A stretch of DNA of 64,000 bases, from assembly GCA_964541235.1 (NCBI GenBank), contig CAZIPI010000002.1, forward strand, positions 66,965 through 130,964. The letters are read 5' to 3'. Positions 28,771 through 39,178 of this stretch are shown in pieces. Under the pieces are notes generated by a model. It made no database searches and was not told the DNA's origin. It saw only the letters and a list, made by a program, of their open reading frames with translations. This stretch comes from an uncultured bacterium (GTDB lineage Bacteria; Fermentibacterota; Fermentibacteria; Fermentibacterales; JCC-6). A program made the position numbers and the translations under genes. The first letter of the stretch is position 1. Every line of letters starts with the position of its first letter.

Positions 28771-29919
28771 ATGGATTGGCGGGTTCAGGACGGAATTCTT
28801 GCATGCCCCCCTCTCGTGCAGGGGCACGTGCACCTCTGCCAGACGCTTTTCCGCGGAATGGCCGAGTCCAGGCGCCTGCTCCCCTGGCTGGAACGGCGCA
28901 TCTGGCCCCTCGAGGCTTCACACGACGCGGAAACGATGGCTGTATCAACGATCATGGGCCTTGCGGAGCTCTTCTCATCGGGAAGCTGTTCCCTTCTCGA
29001 CATGGGTTCGGTGCGCCACTCCGACGTGATCGCAGGCATCCTTTCCGAAAGCGGGGCGCACGCCCTGCTGGGGAACGCCCTGATGGATATCGGGCCGTCG
29101 TTCATCGCCAGGCCCCTTCACTGGCTTCAGGAGGAGACCGAACGTGTTCGGGGGCTCTGCCGGGGCGGCACGGTTTACGCCTTCACGCCCCGGTTCGTCC
29201 TGTCCTGCTCCAGGGAGCTGTGGGCATGGCTGGCAGCCGAGGATCCCTTGATAGTACGCTCCACCCACAGCTCCGAGGCGCCGGGGGAGATGGAGGACGG
29301 CAGGATAAGGGCGGCGGGTGGAAACGTGCGCCTTCTGCGGGACCTGGGGTTCCTGGGCCGGCGAACGGTACTTGCCCACTGCGTGCATCTTCTGCCGGGC
29401 GAACTGGGGATACTGGCGGAAACGGGGACCGCGGTGGCCCATTGCCCTTGGGCCAATCTGAAGCTCGGAAGCGGGATGGCCGATGTACCGGCCATGCTCC
29501 GGCAGGGTGTCACCGTAATGACAGGAAGCGACGGGGCGGCGTGCAACAACAGCCTCGATGCCGCAGGCGACGTTCGCCTGGCCATGGGCATCGCATCTGT
29601 GAAGGGCGACCCCGGCCTTGTCACGGGTGACAAGTGGTTCTCCATGGCCGCCGAAGGCGCGGCGGACTTTCTCGGTTTCGATACGGAGGAAGACCGGGTG
29701 GAGATACGGCTTTCCAGCCGGGAAGAGGACGAGCTGCACACTTGCGAAGACCCGTGGCGCTACATTCTGGAGCTGGACTGGAGGCACAGGGTCAGGAAAC
29801 TGGTGTCCGGCGGCAGGGTGGTCTATCAGGACGGTGAGTTCCCGACCCTGCCGGCCCTGCCGATCTCCGTGAAGAAGGCCAGGGAGAGGGTGCTCTCGGG
29901 GATGTCCCGCCTCGCATGA
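28771..29919 (+). CDS. amidohydrolase, MtaD/SsnA chlorohydrolase-like (MTA/SAH deaminase family)
   Basis: HVHLCQTLFRG metal-binding HxH. Further metal-binding His/Asp positions (HC, MTGSDGAA). Looks about 40-45 aa short at the N-terminus compared with the family. Confidence 0.7.
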   Translation: MDWRVQDGILACPPLVQGHVHLCQTLFRGMAESRRLLPWLERRIWPLEASHDAETMAVSTIMGLAELFSSGSCSLLDMGSVRHSDVIAGILSESGAHALLGNALMDIGPSFIARPLHWLQEETERVRGLCRGGTVYAFTPRFVLSCSRELWAWLAAEDPLIVRSTHSSEAPGEMEDGRIRAAGGNVRLLRDLGFLGRRTVLAHCVHLLPGELGILAETGTAVAHCPWANLKLGSGMADVPAMLRQGVTVMTGSDGAACNNSLDAAGDVRLAMGIASVKGDPGLVTGDKWFSMAAEGAADFLGFDTEEDRVEIRLSSREEDELHTCEDPWRYILELDWRHRVRKLVSGGRVVYQDGEFPTLPALPISVKKARERVLSGMSRLA

Positions 29920-32285
29920 AGAACGGGCGCTCCGTGGAGGTGGCCGTCCCGAGGCCGGTCTGGGGAACGTTCAGCTACCTTCTTCCCCCTGAGCTTGACG
30001 GGGGCGCAGTTCAGGGCTGCAGGGTGGCGGTGGAGCTGGGCGGCTCCAGGGTGGTGGGAGTGGTCTGGTCCGAAGCCGGCTCCCGGGATGTCAGCGGCCT
30101 GAAGCCGGTTCTGTCAAGGCTTGACCCTTCCCCGCTTCCCCCTCGATGGGTGCTGGAGCTGGTGGGCTGGATGGCCGACTACTACCACGCCCCACAGGGT
30201 CTATGCGCCGGCTGCGGCTTCCCTCCGGGAATGCAGGGCTCAGCGATCAGGGTGCTTGACGTCCGGAAGGGCGCCGAGCTCCTTAAGGTCTGCAGGAAGC
30301 CGGGGCTTTACCTTTACGATCGTGTGCTCGCTTCATGTCCCTCCGGTTACCCCTTCGATCAGGTCCTGTTCAGGGATGCCGGGAAAGGCCTGGTCTTGCA
30401 GCTCTACAGGCCCGGATCACTGCCTCCCCCAAGGTTCGAACGGGTGGTCGAGGCGCTTGTGGAACCGGGAGAGCTTGTGGCGGCGGCCCAGGCCATCAGG
30501 GGAAGGGCGCCAAAACAGGCGGAACTTCTTGCCAGGGTGGCCACGGCAGCGGAACCCGTTTCCAGCTCGTGGCTCCTGGGCCGGTCAGGCGCATCCAGGG
30601 CCTCCCTGAACCGCCTTGTTCTGCAGGGGCTGGTCACCGAGCGGAAGCGCGAGGTACCGCGAGACCCCCTGTTGAGCGTTCCGCAGCAGCCACACCCGGC
30701 CCCCGAGCCGTGCCCCGCCCAGAAAACCGCCGTGGAGGCAGTCCTCTCCGCCGGAAAGGGAACCTTCCTCCTTCACGGGGTAACTGGGAGCGGCAAGACC
30801 GAGGTGTACCTGAGGGTCATCGAAAGGGTTCTGGGAACGGGAAGACAGGCGCTGGTGCTGGTCCCCGAGATCAGCCTCACCCCGCAGCTCGTCAACCGCT
30901 TCAGCTCCAGGTTCCCGGGACGGGTGGCCGTACTTCACAGCGGTCTCTCCCGGGGGGAGCGGCTGGATACCTGGAACATGGTCCGGCTTGGGGAGAGACC
31001 CATTGTCATAGGCGCCAGAAGCGCGCTTTTCGCGCCTCTGCCCGATCCTGGCGTGATAGTGGTGGACGAGGAGCACGACGGGAGCTACAAGCAGGGGGAG
31101 CTTCCCTTCTACAACGCCCGGGACATGGCGGTGCTACTTGGCTCGAAGCTCTCCGTCCCGGTGATACTCGGTTCTGCCTCACCGTCCATCGAGAGCTTCC
31201 GGAACGCTCTCACAGGCAGGTACCGGCTTGTTGAACTCCCGGAGCGGGTGGCCGGGGGTGCGATGCCGGTGGTTCGCACCGTTGACACCCGGGGCCTGGA
31301 TAACAGGCTGGTGACGGATGCACTGCTTTCAGCCATCGGCAGGCACACAAGCAGGGGGGGGCAGGCGATCCTGCTGGTGAACAGGAGGGGGCACTCCCCG
31401 GTGCAGATGTGCTTCTACTGCGGCCACACCGAAAGATGCCCCGGGTGCGGGATCGCCCTGACCTATCACAGGCGCGGCGAGATCCTGAAATGTCATCACT
31501 GCTCCTACTGGAAGGCCGCCGGGGGACGGTGCGGCGCGTGCGGGGCGGGGAGGTTCTTGAGGACCGGGCCGGGGATACAGAAGGTAGAGGAGATCCTGGC
31601 CAGGCAGCTTCCCGCTGCAAGGGTGCTCAGGATGGACTCAGACACAACCAGGGGAAGATCATCCCACAGAAGGATACTCGACAGGTTCAGAAAGGGCGAG
31701 GCTGAGATCCTTCTGGGTACGCAGATGGTGGCCAAGGGGCATGATTTCCCCAACGTGACCCTGGTGGGAGTGATAGCGGCCGAGATGGGGCTGTCGCTCC
31801 CCGATTTCCGCAGCGCTGAAAGGGTGTTCTCGCTTATCCTTCAGGCCGCGGGCCGGGCGGGAAGGGGCAGCGAGCCCGGCGAGGTCATCGTTCAGACCGG
31901 TTGCCCGGACGATCCGGCCATCAGCGCCGCCTGCGGGCTGGACTACCGCCGGTTCGCCACCGGCGAGCTTCTTGTCCGCAAGGTGCTTGAGTACCCCCCG
32001 TTCCGCCGGATGTTGCGGCTTGTCTTTCAGGGTCCCGTGGAGTCAGAGGTTGAAGGCGCAGCAACCAGGACAGGAACAGCGCTCTCCACCCTGCCCGGGG
32101 TTCGGCTGAGGGGACCGGGCCCGGCTTCGCTTCCGAGGATAGGCGGCCGCTTCAGATGGAGCATCATGGTCACGGCGGCTGGGCACAGGGACCTGTGCGA
32201 GGCGGTTGCCGCTGCAGAAAAGGCGTTCGGGAGGGCGGCAGGGGTCAGGATGACCGTGGATGTGGATCCCCAGGACATGCTCTAA
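29916..32285 (+). CDS. priA: primosomal protein N' (replication restart helicase PriA)
   Basis: Walker A HGVTGSGKTEVY, DEEH box, and a Cys-rich zinc-binding region (CPGCG...CHHCSY...CGACG). ATGA overlap with the upstream gene. Confidence 0.9.
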   Translation: MKNGRSVEVAVPRPVWGTFSYLLPPELDGGAVQGCRVAVELGGSRVVGVVWSEAGSRDVSGLKPVLSRLDPSPLPPRWVLELVGWMADYYHAPQGLCAGCGFPPGMQGSAIRVLDVRKGAELLKVCRKPGLYLYDRVLASCPSGYPFDQVLFRDAGKGLVLQLYRPGSLPPPRFERVVEALVEPGELVAAAQAIRGRAPKQAELLARVATAAEPVSSSWLLGRSGASRASLNRLVLQGLVTERKREVPRDPLLSVPQQPHPAPEPCPAQKTAVEAVLSAGKGTFLLHGVTGSGKTEVYLRVIERVLGTGRQALVLVPEISLTPQLVNRFSSRFPGRVAVLHSGLSRGERLDTWNMVRLGERPIVIGARSALFAPLPDPGVIVVDEEHDGSYKQGELPFYNARDMAVLLGSKLSVPVILGSASPSIESFRNALTGRYRLVELPERVAGGAMPVVRTVDTRGLDNRLVTDALLSAIGRHTSRGGQAILLVNRRGHSPVQMCFYCGHTERCPGCGIALTYHRRGEILKCHHCSYWKAAGGRCGACGAGRFLRTGPGIQKVEEILARQLPAARVLRMDSDTTRGRSSHRRILDRFRKGEAEILLGTQMVAKGHDFPNVTLVGVIAAEMGLSLPDFRSAERVFSLILQAAGRAGRGSEPGEVIVQTGCPDDPAISAACGLDYRRFATGELLVRKVLEYPPFRRMLRLVFQGPVESEVEGAATRTGTALSTLPGVRLRGPGPASLPRIGGRFRWSIMVTAAGHRDLCEAVAAAEKAFGRAAGVRMTVDVDPQDML

Positions 32286-33037
32286 CGGATCTCGAGCCCC
32301 CTGAAAAGGTCCTCCTGGTCTCCAGAGCCCCTTGCCGAGATGCATCCGGCGATCTCATGGAACAGTTTGCCCGTTGGCCCAATGGGCTCCAGGGCATCCC
32401 TTATCATCAGCTCGGCTTCCACAAGCGAATCACGCGAATCCGACAGATGCAGCATGGCCGATGCCCTTCCCAGGGCCAGCCCCGCCAGGGATGCTGTTTC
32501 GGCCTGTGACGCCGGCGCTCCCGCTGTGACCGCCCCCATCCTCGCCGCGAGGGAAGCCAGCCTTCCGTTCCAGCTCACAGTCATAAGCGAATGGCTGCCG
32601 AAGCTCATGGCCTCAAGTATCCCCGCTGCGCAGTTCAGAACCAGATCGGTAAGGCAGAGCGACAGGGGGGCGTCCAGCCGGCAGAGCATCTTCACGGCCA
32701 GGGGCAGCATGGCATCACCGGCCAGTATCCTTCCCGCCTCCGGAGGGCCTCCGGCGTCGTAGCCTTCGAGACAGGGAAGTTCCACGCCCACCGAAGGCAC
32801 AGCGTGTGCGGCGGTGGCCCCGGCCAGGAGCATCACCGCAGCCGATGACGGAAGCCCCTTCTCCGCCGGCGCTCCGCACCATTGTGCCGATGCGCAGGAA
32901 AGAAGGGAGAGGTTCCACAGGCCTGAAAGGGGGATCGAGCTGCGAAGCCTTTCGGTCCATTGCTCCGGAAGCCCGCTTGTCTCCTTGCAGAAGGCCTCTT
33001 CAAGAAGGGCTGCGAGACTGCTTCTAAGACCTGTCAC
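32282..33037 (-). CDS. hypothetical protein in the CdaR/YbbR position downstream of cdaA
   Basis: 251-aa Ala/Leu-rich ORF co-directional with and overlapping the cdaA end. No recognisable YbbR repeats. Confidence 0.35.
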   Translation of the reverse strand: MTGLRSSLAALLEEAFCKETSGLPEQWTERLRSSIPLSGLWNLSLLSCASAQWCGAPAEKGLPSSAAVMLLAGATAAHAVPSVGVELPCLEGYDAGGPPEAGRILAGDAMLPLAVKMLCRLDAPLSLCLTDLVLNCAAGILEAMSFGSHSLMTVSWNGRLASLAARMGAVTAGAPASQAETASLAGLALGRASAMLHLSDSRDSLVEAELMIRDALEPIGPTGKLFHEIAGCISARGSGDQEDLFRGLEIR

Positions 33038-33845
33038 CGGCCTGCTCCGGCTGGATGCCGCTCTGGTGGGGGTAGAACGCGTGATAGAGCCTTCTCTTCA
33101 GCGCGCTGTCGCTCAGCGAGTGGGAAAGGACGCCCTTGATGGCAAGCCTGATGGCGCCCGTCTCCTCGCTCACCAGAACGCTCACGGCGTCGGTCCGTTC
33201 GCTGATGCCGATCCCCGCCCGGTGTCTCCCTCCGAAACCTTCGATCCCCAGGTGCATGGGCAGAAAGGCGTGGGCCATGACTATCTTTCTGTCCTTTATC
33301 ACCAGGGCGCCGTCATGAAGCGGCCCTGGGGACGTGAGCATGGCCTCCACCAGCACCGGGACGAATTCGATGCCCGGAAGGGTGTGATGGTCGCGGCAGA
33401 ACCTGGTCAGGTCCTCGTCGCGCTGGATCACGAAAAGGGCGCCCATCCCCTTTCTGCTCAGCGAGCTGCATGTGACCACCAGGTTCTCGATGAAGACGTC
33501 CTGTATCTGGCCGGGCCTGCTCCTGTTCAGGAACTCCATCTCCCTAAGTGAGCGCCCCAGCCTGCCGAGAAGGTCCTTGATCTCTTCGTGAAAGATGATG
33601 ATCAGTGCGACCGGAAGGATCTTGGCGGCCTCTTCCAGTATCATGCCTGTGGCGTGGAACCTCATCTGCTGAAGCACGATGGCCATGATCACGAAGATGG
33701 CCACCGCTATCACCACACGCATTCCGGGCTGGTTCCAGATCGCCCTGAGAAGAAGCCAGACGAGAACGGTAAGGAAAAGGACGTCGAAGAGCTGGGTCAG
33801 CCAGAAAAGGCTCAGGAAGGGGCTTCCCAGAAGGTTGAAGCTCAA
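33024..33845 (-). CDS. cdaA: diadenylate cyclase CdaA (DisA_N domain)
   Basis: N-terminal TMs plus DAC domain motifs DGALVI and RHRAGIGISE. Confidence 0.85.
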   Translation of the reverse strand: MSFNLLGSPFLSLFWLTQLFDVLFLTVLVWLLLRAIWNQPGMRVVIAVAIFVIMAIVLQQMRFHATGMILEEAAKILPVALIIIFHEEIKDLLGRLGRSLREMEFLNRSRPGQIQDVFIENLVVTCSSLSRKGMGALFVIQRDEDLTRFCRDHHTLPGIEFVPVLVEAMLTSPGPLHDGALVIKDRKIVMAHAFLPMHLGIEGFGGRHRAGIGISERTDAVSVLVSEETGAIRLAIKGVLSHSLSDSALKRRLYHAFYPHQSGIQPEQAGDRS

Positions 33846-35041
33846 GGCCGCATCCCTTCCAGGGCGGCGGACACAGCCCGGGAGGACTCCTCAACGTTAT
33901 GCACCCTGAGCACATCCGCCCTGTCGGCTGAAAGCGCCGATACAAGTGCAGTTGCCCAGTCCCTTCGGGAGGCGTCGGCCTCTCCTGACAGAAGGCCGAG
34001 AAAGCTCTTCCTTGAATGGCCCAGCACAACCCTGCAGCCTGTGACACGCCTTATCCAGGGTACCGAGCGTATCAGGCTGAGGTTGTCCCACGGGCGCTTG
34101 CCGAAACCGATTCCGGGGTCCACCAGGATCCGTTCCCTTTCCACTCCGGATTCCACCAGACATCGTATCCGGTTCATAAGATAAAGCGCCACCTCTGAAA
34201 CAGCATCCTCATAGACTGGGCAGGTCTGCATCGTGGCAGGCGTGCCCCTCATGTGCATCAGGATCACGGCTGCGCCGGTCTCCGCCGCGAGCCCTGCCAT
34301 TCCCGGGGTTTCCATGCCGTTAACGGAGTTGATGATCCGGGCCCCGGCTTCAATGGCCATCCGTGCCACCTGCGGCTCGGTGGTGTCTATGCTGACCACG
34401 GCGTCCGAAGCCTTCACGATGCCCCTTATGACGGGGATAACCCGGTCTGCCTGCTCCCCGGGAGGAACGGGCCGGGAGCCGGGCCTCGTGGACTCACCGC
34501 CCACATCAATGATGGATGCCCCCTGCCGGTGCATTTCAAGGCCGCGCTCAACAGCCCTTTCCGGCTCCTCCCAGAGCCCGCCGTCGCTGAAGGAGTCCGG
34601 TGTGCAGTTCAGCACGCCCATGAACAGAGGCACTGCGCCGAATCGAAGCACCCTGCCGTCGAAGGCGATCGAGTCGGGGGGATCCGGCGGCCCGAGGAAC
34701 CGGGCGATGACGTCGCCAAGGGCCTCCAGCTGGAACGGCTGCCCCCTGAGCGACTCACAACCGGCCCTGACCGTCTTCCCGGTCCCATAGACAAGGGCCC
34801 TGCTCTCCGGAACTCCGCAGGTGAGCACCAGACGGTGCACCAGGGCATCGGCGCCCGCGGCAAGCATGCACTGTTTGAGAATTGAGGCCGCCGGGGCCTT
34901 CAACGGGCCTGTAAGGAAAGTCAGGACATCCCGCCTCTCACTTACCCTTGCCCATGCGTCCCCGTCGCAACCCAGCTCTTCCATCGTCCTGCGCCACTGA
35001 TCCCGGCCTTCCAGCAGGACGGGACGAACCGGGTCCATCAT
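33842..35041 (-). CDS. folP: dihydropteroate synthase with an N-terminal ~110-aa extension
   Basis: Pterin-binding domain (GVLNCTPDSFSDGG, DVGGESTRPG, NSVNG). Start MMDPVRP overlaps the folE stop. The ORF-track start at 35170 is inside folE. Confidence 0.85.
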   Translation of the reverse strand: MMDPVRPVLLEGRDQWRRTMEELGCDGDAWARVSERRDVLTFLTGPLKAPAASILKQCMLAAGADALVHRLVLTCGVPESRALVYGTGKTVRAGCESLRGQPFQLEALGDVIARFLGPPDPPDSIAFDGRVLRFGAVPLFMGVLNCTPDSFSDGGLWEEPERAVERGLEMHRQGASIIDVGGESTRPGSRPVPPGEQADRVIPVIRGIVKASDAVVSIDTTEPQVARMAIEAGARIINSVNGMETPGMAGLAAETGAAVILMHMRGTPATMQTCPVYEDAVSEVALYLMNRIRCLVESGVERERILVDPGIGFGKRPWDNLSLIRSVPWIRRVTGCRVVLGHSRKSFLGLLSGEADASRRDWATALVSALSADRADVLRVHNVEESSRAVSAALEGMRP

Positions 35042-35610
35042 CTGCTGCGGATGCTCCTGCCGATGAGGGAAAGGGCTTCGGTCCTCGTCTCCAGCCGCCG
35101 CAGGTGGCCCCGCATGGCGCTGGTTACGATGCGGGAATCCCGCTTCTTTACCCCCCTCATGGCAAGGCACATGTGCTCCGCCTCCATGACCACCATCACC
35201 CCCTTGGCTCCTATCTCGTTCATGAGCGTATCGGCGATCTCGGTCGTGAGCCTCTCCTGAATGGTGGGTCTGGCGGCCAGGGTTTCCACAAGTTGAACTA
35301 TGGAACCAAGGCCGGCTATCCTGTCGTCAGCCGGCAGATAAACAACGTCGCACCTGCCCAGGTACGGCAGAAGATGGTGCTCGCAGAGCGAGGCGAAGCT
35401 GATGTCCTTGACGATTATCATCTCGTTCTGGTCGGCGACGCACATGGTGGATATGGGTTTCCTCACATCGCCCATGAGCCCGCGGCAAAGCTCGGCCATG
35501 GATTGGGCCACCCTCTCGGGAGTGTGCTTCAGACCCGGTCTGTCAGGATCCTCCCCGATACCCTCTAAAAGAAGCCTGACTCCCTCAGCTATCTTCTTCG
35601 GGTCCTGCAT
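35038..35610 (-). CDS. folE: GTP cyclohydrolase I
   Basis: GEDPDRPGLKHTPERVA, CEHHLLPY and the wider family pattern. Confidence 0.9.
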   Translation of the reverse strand: MQDPKKIAEGVRLLLEGIGEDPDRPGLKHTPERVAQSMAELCRGLMGDVRKPISTMCVADQNEMIIVKDISFASLCEHHLLPYLGRCDVVYLPADDRIAGLGSIVQLVETLAARPTIQERLTTEIADTLMNEIGAKGVMVVMEAEHMCLAMRGVKKRDSRIVTSAMRGHLRRLETRTEALSLIGRSIRSR

Positions 35611-37534
35611 CCGCCGTCCCGCCTTCCGGTTCCCTGCGCTCGAGGTCAATGCCCGGAAAGACCTTCCCGGGCCTGAGCTCGTTCAGGAGAACGCCGATCT
35701 CCTCGGCGCCCAGGGTCTCCTTCTCAAGAAGCAGCTGCGTCAGCCGTTCGACCACGTCGCGGTTGCTTTCCAGAATGGCCTCGGCCTTGCCGTAGGCTTC
35801 GTCCAGAAGCCTTTTCACCTCGGCGTCAACTGTTCTTGCGGTATCCTCGCTGAAGTCCTTGATACGGGTCATGTCCCTGCCCAGGAAGATGGGGCCGGTC
35901 TGGTCGTGAAGGACCACCGGGCCCAGGGTCTGGCTCATTCCCCACTCGCATACCATTCTGCGGGCAAGGTCGGTTGCCTGCATCAGGTCGTTGCCGGCGC
36001 CGGTGCTTCTGGTGTTGAGGAAGATGCTTTCAGCGGCCCTTCCGCCCATGGCCCTGGCCAGCATGCTCAAAAGGAACTCGTACGAGTAGTTGTGTCTGTC
36101 GTCCCTGGGAAGGAAGCTGGTGAGCCCCAGCGCCCTGTCCCGGGGAACGATGGTGACCTTGTGAACAGGGTCGGAGTGGGGCACGAAGATGTTCACGATG
36201 GCGTGACCGCTCTCGTGGTAGGCGGTGAGAAGCCTTTCCTCGGTGTTCATCACCAGGGTATGCCTCTCAACGCCCATGAGGATCCTGTCGGCGGCATACT
36301 CGAAATCCTCCTGGTGGATCATTTTCACGCCTCGCCTGGCGGCCTTCAGGGCTGCCTCGTTGGCCAGGCTCTCAAGGTCGGCTCCGCTGAACCCGGGAGT
36401 CCGCCTTGCTATCTTCTCAAGGTCAACGTCCTTGTCCAGGGGTTTCTTCGCGGTGTGAACGCCAAGGATCGCCTTGCGGCCCTTGATGTCGGGAAGGTTG
36501 ACGACCACCCGTCTGTCGAAACGGCCCGGGCGGAGCAGTGCGGGGTCAAGGACATCCGGCCTGTTGGTGGCCGCCATGACTATGACAGCCTGGTTGGATT
36601 CGAAACCGTCCATCTCCACCAGAAGGGCGTTCAGGGTCTGTTCCCTTTCATCGTGGCCCCCGCCGAGACCGGAGCCCCTGTGTCTGCCAACCGCGTCTAT
36701 CTCGTCTATGAAGATTATGGATGGGGACTTCACCTTGGCCTGCACGAAGAGGTCCCTTACACGGCTTGCCCCCACACCCACGAACATCTCCACGAAATCG
36801 CTTCCGCTCAGGGAGAAGAAGGGAACCTTGGCCTCGCCTGCCACGGCTCTTGCGAGGAGTGTCTTGCCGGTACCGGGAGAGCCCATGAGTATCACTCCCC
36901 TTGGGACCTTTCCCCCCAGCCGCTGGAACTTGGAGGGCTCCCGCAGGAACTCGATTATCTCCTCAAGTTCGGTCTTGGCTTCGTCGCAGCCGGCCACGTC
37001 CTCGAAGGTCGTCTTGGGTCTGTCGGCGCCCACGGCCCGGGCACGGCTCTTGCCGAAGCTGAAGACCTTTCCTCCTCCCATGGCGTTCCGCATTATGAAA
37101 AGCCAGAACACCAGAAGCAGGAGCATGGGGCCCAGGTTGAACAGGAAAGTGAAAAAGTCCACCTTGGGCGGTTTGCCCTCGACCGCTACGCCGTTGTCCA
37201 GCAGGGCGCGGATGGCGGCCTGGTCCTCGAAGGGAACGAAGCTCTTGAACTTCAGGTACTCCACGCCCTCCACGGTCTGCGGAGAGCGGAACTCCCCCTC
37301 CACCAGTCCGCCGGTGTAGAGGGTTGCCGACCTCACCGAGCCCCTTTCCGAGAAGTTCATCAACTGGGAGTAGGTGATGTCCGCGGCATCGCTGCCCCGG
37401 TTCATCACCGCCACCAGTGCGTATGCGAAAAGTCCCAGCAGAAGCCAAAGAGTTATGGTTCTGAGAGAGCAGCCCGCAACGGGCGGCGGCTGGTTGTCGT
37501 CGGGTTTCTTACCGTTCCCTCGATTGATGTCCAT
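35585..37534 (-). CDS. ftsH: ATP-dependent zinc metalloprotease FtsH
   Basis: AAA module ([21 protein letters not shown]) plus M41 protease HEAGH-type motif (HESGHAIV). Start MDINRG lies just downstream of the hpt stop. Confidence 0.9.
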   Translation of the reverse strand: MDINRGNGKKPDDNQPPPVAGCSLRTITLWLLLGLFAYALVAVMNRGSDAADITYSQLMNFSERGSVRSATLYTGGLVEGEFRSPQTVEGVEYLKFKSFVPFEDQAAIRALLDNGVAVEGKPPKVDFFTFLFNLGPMLLLLVFWLFIMRNAMGGGKVFSFGKSRARAVGADRPKTTFEDVAGCDEAKTELEEIIEFLREPSKFQRLGGKVPRGVILMGSPGTGKTLLARAVAGEAKVPFFSLSGSDFVEMFVGVGASRVRDLFVQAKVKSPSIIFIDEIDAVGRHRGSGLGGGHDEREQTLNALLVEMDGFESNQAVIVMAATNRPDVLDPALLRPGRFDRRVVVNLPDIKGRKAILGVHTAKKPLDKDVDLEKIARRTPGFSGADLESLANEAALKAARRGVKMIHQEDFEYAADRILMGVERHTLVMNTEERLLTAYHESGHAIVNIFVPHSDPVHKVTIVPRDRALGLTSFLPRDDRHNYSYEFLLSMLARAMGGRAAESIFLNTRSTGAGNDLMQATDLARRMVCEWGMSQTLGPVVLHDQTGPIFLGRDMTRIKDFSEDTARTVDAEVKRLLDEAYGKAEAILESNRDVVERLTQLLLEKETLGAEEIGVLLNELRPGKVFPGIDLERREPEGGTADAGPEEDS

Positions 37535-37544
37535 CAGGGACCTT

Positions 37545-38054
37545 TCATTGAAGAACCGCCACGAAGGGCAGGTTCCGGTACAGACCTCCTGGACCGTCAA
37601 GGCCGTAGCCGACCACGAAATGGTCAGGGATCTCGAAGAGCGCCCTGAAGATCTCAACCTCGACCAGTCTTCGGGACGGCTTGTCGAGAAGGGCTACTGT
37701 CCGCAGGCCGGCAGGTGACCTTGACTTGATCAGTTTTTGAATATACGCCAGGGTCAGCCCGGTGTCTACGATGTCCTCCACCAGCAGGACCTGTTTTCCC
37801 GCAAGAGGGACCGAGGTGTCCAGGGTCAGCCTGACCTCACCCGAGGATGCGGTGCTGTCGCCGTAGCTTGCGGCGCCCATGAAATCCACTGACACCCGGC
37901 AATCCATGGCCCTCACCAGATCGGATGCAAAAACGAAGGAGCCCTTCAGCACCGGCAGCACCACCACCTCGCAGTCGCGGTAGAGGCCGCTGAGCTCCCT
38001 TCCCAGCTCCGTGGTGCGCTCCCTTATGGACTCTGCCGTGATCAGGGTCTTCAT
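37545..38054 (-). CDS. hpt: hypoxanthine phosphoribosyltransferase
   Basis: PRPP-binding motif VLLVEDIVDTGLTL. 169 aa. Confidence 0.9.
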   Translation of the reverse strand: MKTLITAESIRERTTELGRELSGLYRDCEVVVLPVLKGSFVFASDLVRAMDCRVSVDFMGAASYGDSTASSGEVRLTLDTSVPLAGKQVLLVEDIVDTGLTLAYIQKLIKSRSPAGLRTVALLDKPSRRLVEVEIFRALFEIPDHFVVGYGLDGPGGLYRNLPFVAVLQ

Positions 38055-38971
38055 CGGAACCTGTCCTCCCTCGCCCGTGTCCGCAGGGTTTCACCGTCGG
38101 CTACAAGCACCAGGCCCCCGGGAAGAACGTGTTCCCCCTTGCCGCCCGAAAGGAGCCAGGCATCCGTTTTCCTCAACTCGGCCGCCCCCGACCTGGGTCT
38201 GCCGGCCATTGCCCACAGAAGGGTCAGCCTGAGGGCGTCCGGGTTTTCCGAGTACTGCCTGAGGGAAATCCCCTCTCCGGCACCTTCGGCCACGAGGTCC
38301 TGCAGGTCCCGCCACTGAGACAGCAGTGCTGAGGACCTGGCCAATCCGTCCACGGCTTCGGGGAACTGCTTCTCCAGAACTGGCATGACGTATCGCCGTA
38401 TCCTGTTCCTTGCCTGGGCCGCGTCAAGGTTGGTGGGGTCTTCGCGCCAGGCCATCCCGTTATCCGAAAGGAAGGTCCTTACCTGGAGCCTTGTGATGTC
38501 CAGAAGCGGGCGCACCACCCTGCCCCGGCCCCGGTAGTCCATGCCCCCCAGTCCCCGCAGGCCGGACCCCTCCATTAGCCTCATCAGAAGGGTCTCTGCC
38601 CTGTCGCTCATGGTGTGGGCAACCGAGACTATGGTGCCGCTCTCCTTGTACAGCCGGTTCCTCACCAGGCTCCACCGGCTTTCCAGGGAGCCTTCGCCGG
38701 GTCCTGCGGGTGATTCGATCCGGCATGGTATCCCCATGCATGAGCATGACTCTCGTACGAAATCGGCATCCGCTCCCGAATCGGGACGGATGCCGTGGTC
38801 AACGTGAAGGACCTGGATCTCCCAGCCCCTTGCGGGGCCGAACCTGTGAAGCAGGTGGAGCATGGCCATGGAGTCCGCCCCTCCGGAGACCGCCGCCGTC
38901 ACCCTGGCCCCCTTCGGCAACAGGCCTTCCCGCTTCACCGTACCCAGAAACACCTTCTCCACCGTGTTCAC
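38051..38971 (-). CDS. tilS: tRNA(Ile)-lysidine synthetase
   Basis: PP-loop AVSGGADSMAM (SGGxDS). GTG start. Classic tilS-hpt-ftsH synteny. Confidence 0.85.
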   Translation of the reverse strand: MNTVEKVFLGTVKREGLLPKGARVTAAVSGGADSMAMLHLLHRFGPARGWEIQVLHVDHGIRPDSGADADFVRESCSCMGIPCRIESPAGPGEGSLESRWSLVRNRLYKESGTIVSVAHTMSDRAETLLMRLMEGSGLRGLGGMDYRGRGRVVRPLLDITRLQVRTFLSDNGMAWREDPTNLDAAQARNRIRRYVMPVLEKQFPEAVDGLARSSALLSQWRDLQDLVAEGAGEGISLRQYSENPDALRLTLLWAMAGRPRSGAAELRKTDAWLLSGGKGEHVLPGGLVLVADGETLRTRAREDRFR

Positions 38972-38984
38972 TCGAGGAATATAA

Positions 38985-39148
38985 GGGACGGACTAAGAAA
39001 GATTAGTTTATCGCGATATAATTTTGTACTGCAACAACTTAACCAAGGCAGGCGGAGAAGAGGCGCAACCATTTGTAGCTATACAGTCAGTAACTGTATA
39101 ACCAGTAACTGCTTACCTCGGTAAACTAATTTATCTAAGTCCGTCCCC
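38985..39148. mobile_element. MITE-like element: ~27-bp imperfect terminal inverted repeats flanking an AT-rich ~110-bp core
   Basis: Left end GGGACGGACTAAGAAAGATTAGTTTA. Right end TAAACTAATTTATCTAAGTCCGTCCCC (reverse complement GGGGACGGACTTAGATAAATTAGTTTA). The core holds the palindrome ATACAGTCAGTAACTGTATA and a direct CAGTAACTG repeat. The region is AT-rich in a 65%-GC genome and has no ORF. Confidence 0.5.
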
Positions 39149-39152
39149 ACAG

Positions 39153-39178
39153 GAGGGGGCAGCCCGGATGGGCTGCCC
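39153..39178. terminator. GC-rich hairpin 3' of the tRNA (terminator candidate)
   Basis: GGGGGCAGCCC-GGAT-GGGCTGCCCCC: 11-bp stem, immediately downstream of the tRNA 3' CCA on the minus strand. Confidence 0.5.

Noticed and set aside
35402-37648. 748-aa plus-strand ORF.
   Set aside because: It lies entirely antisense to ftsH, folE and folP, which have unambiguous family motifs. It is a GC-driven spurious ORF.
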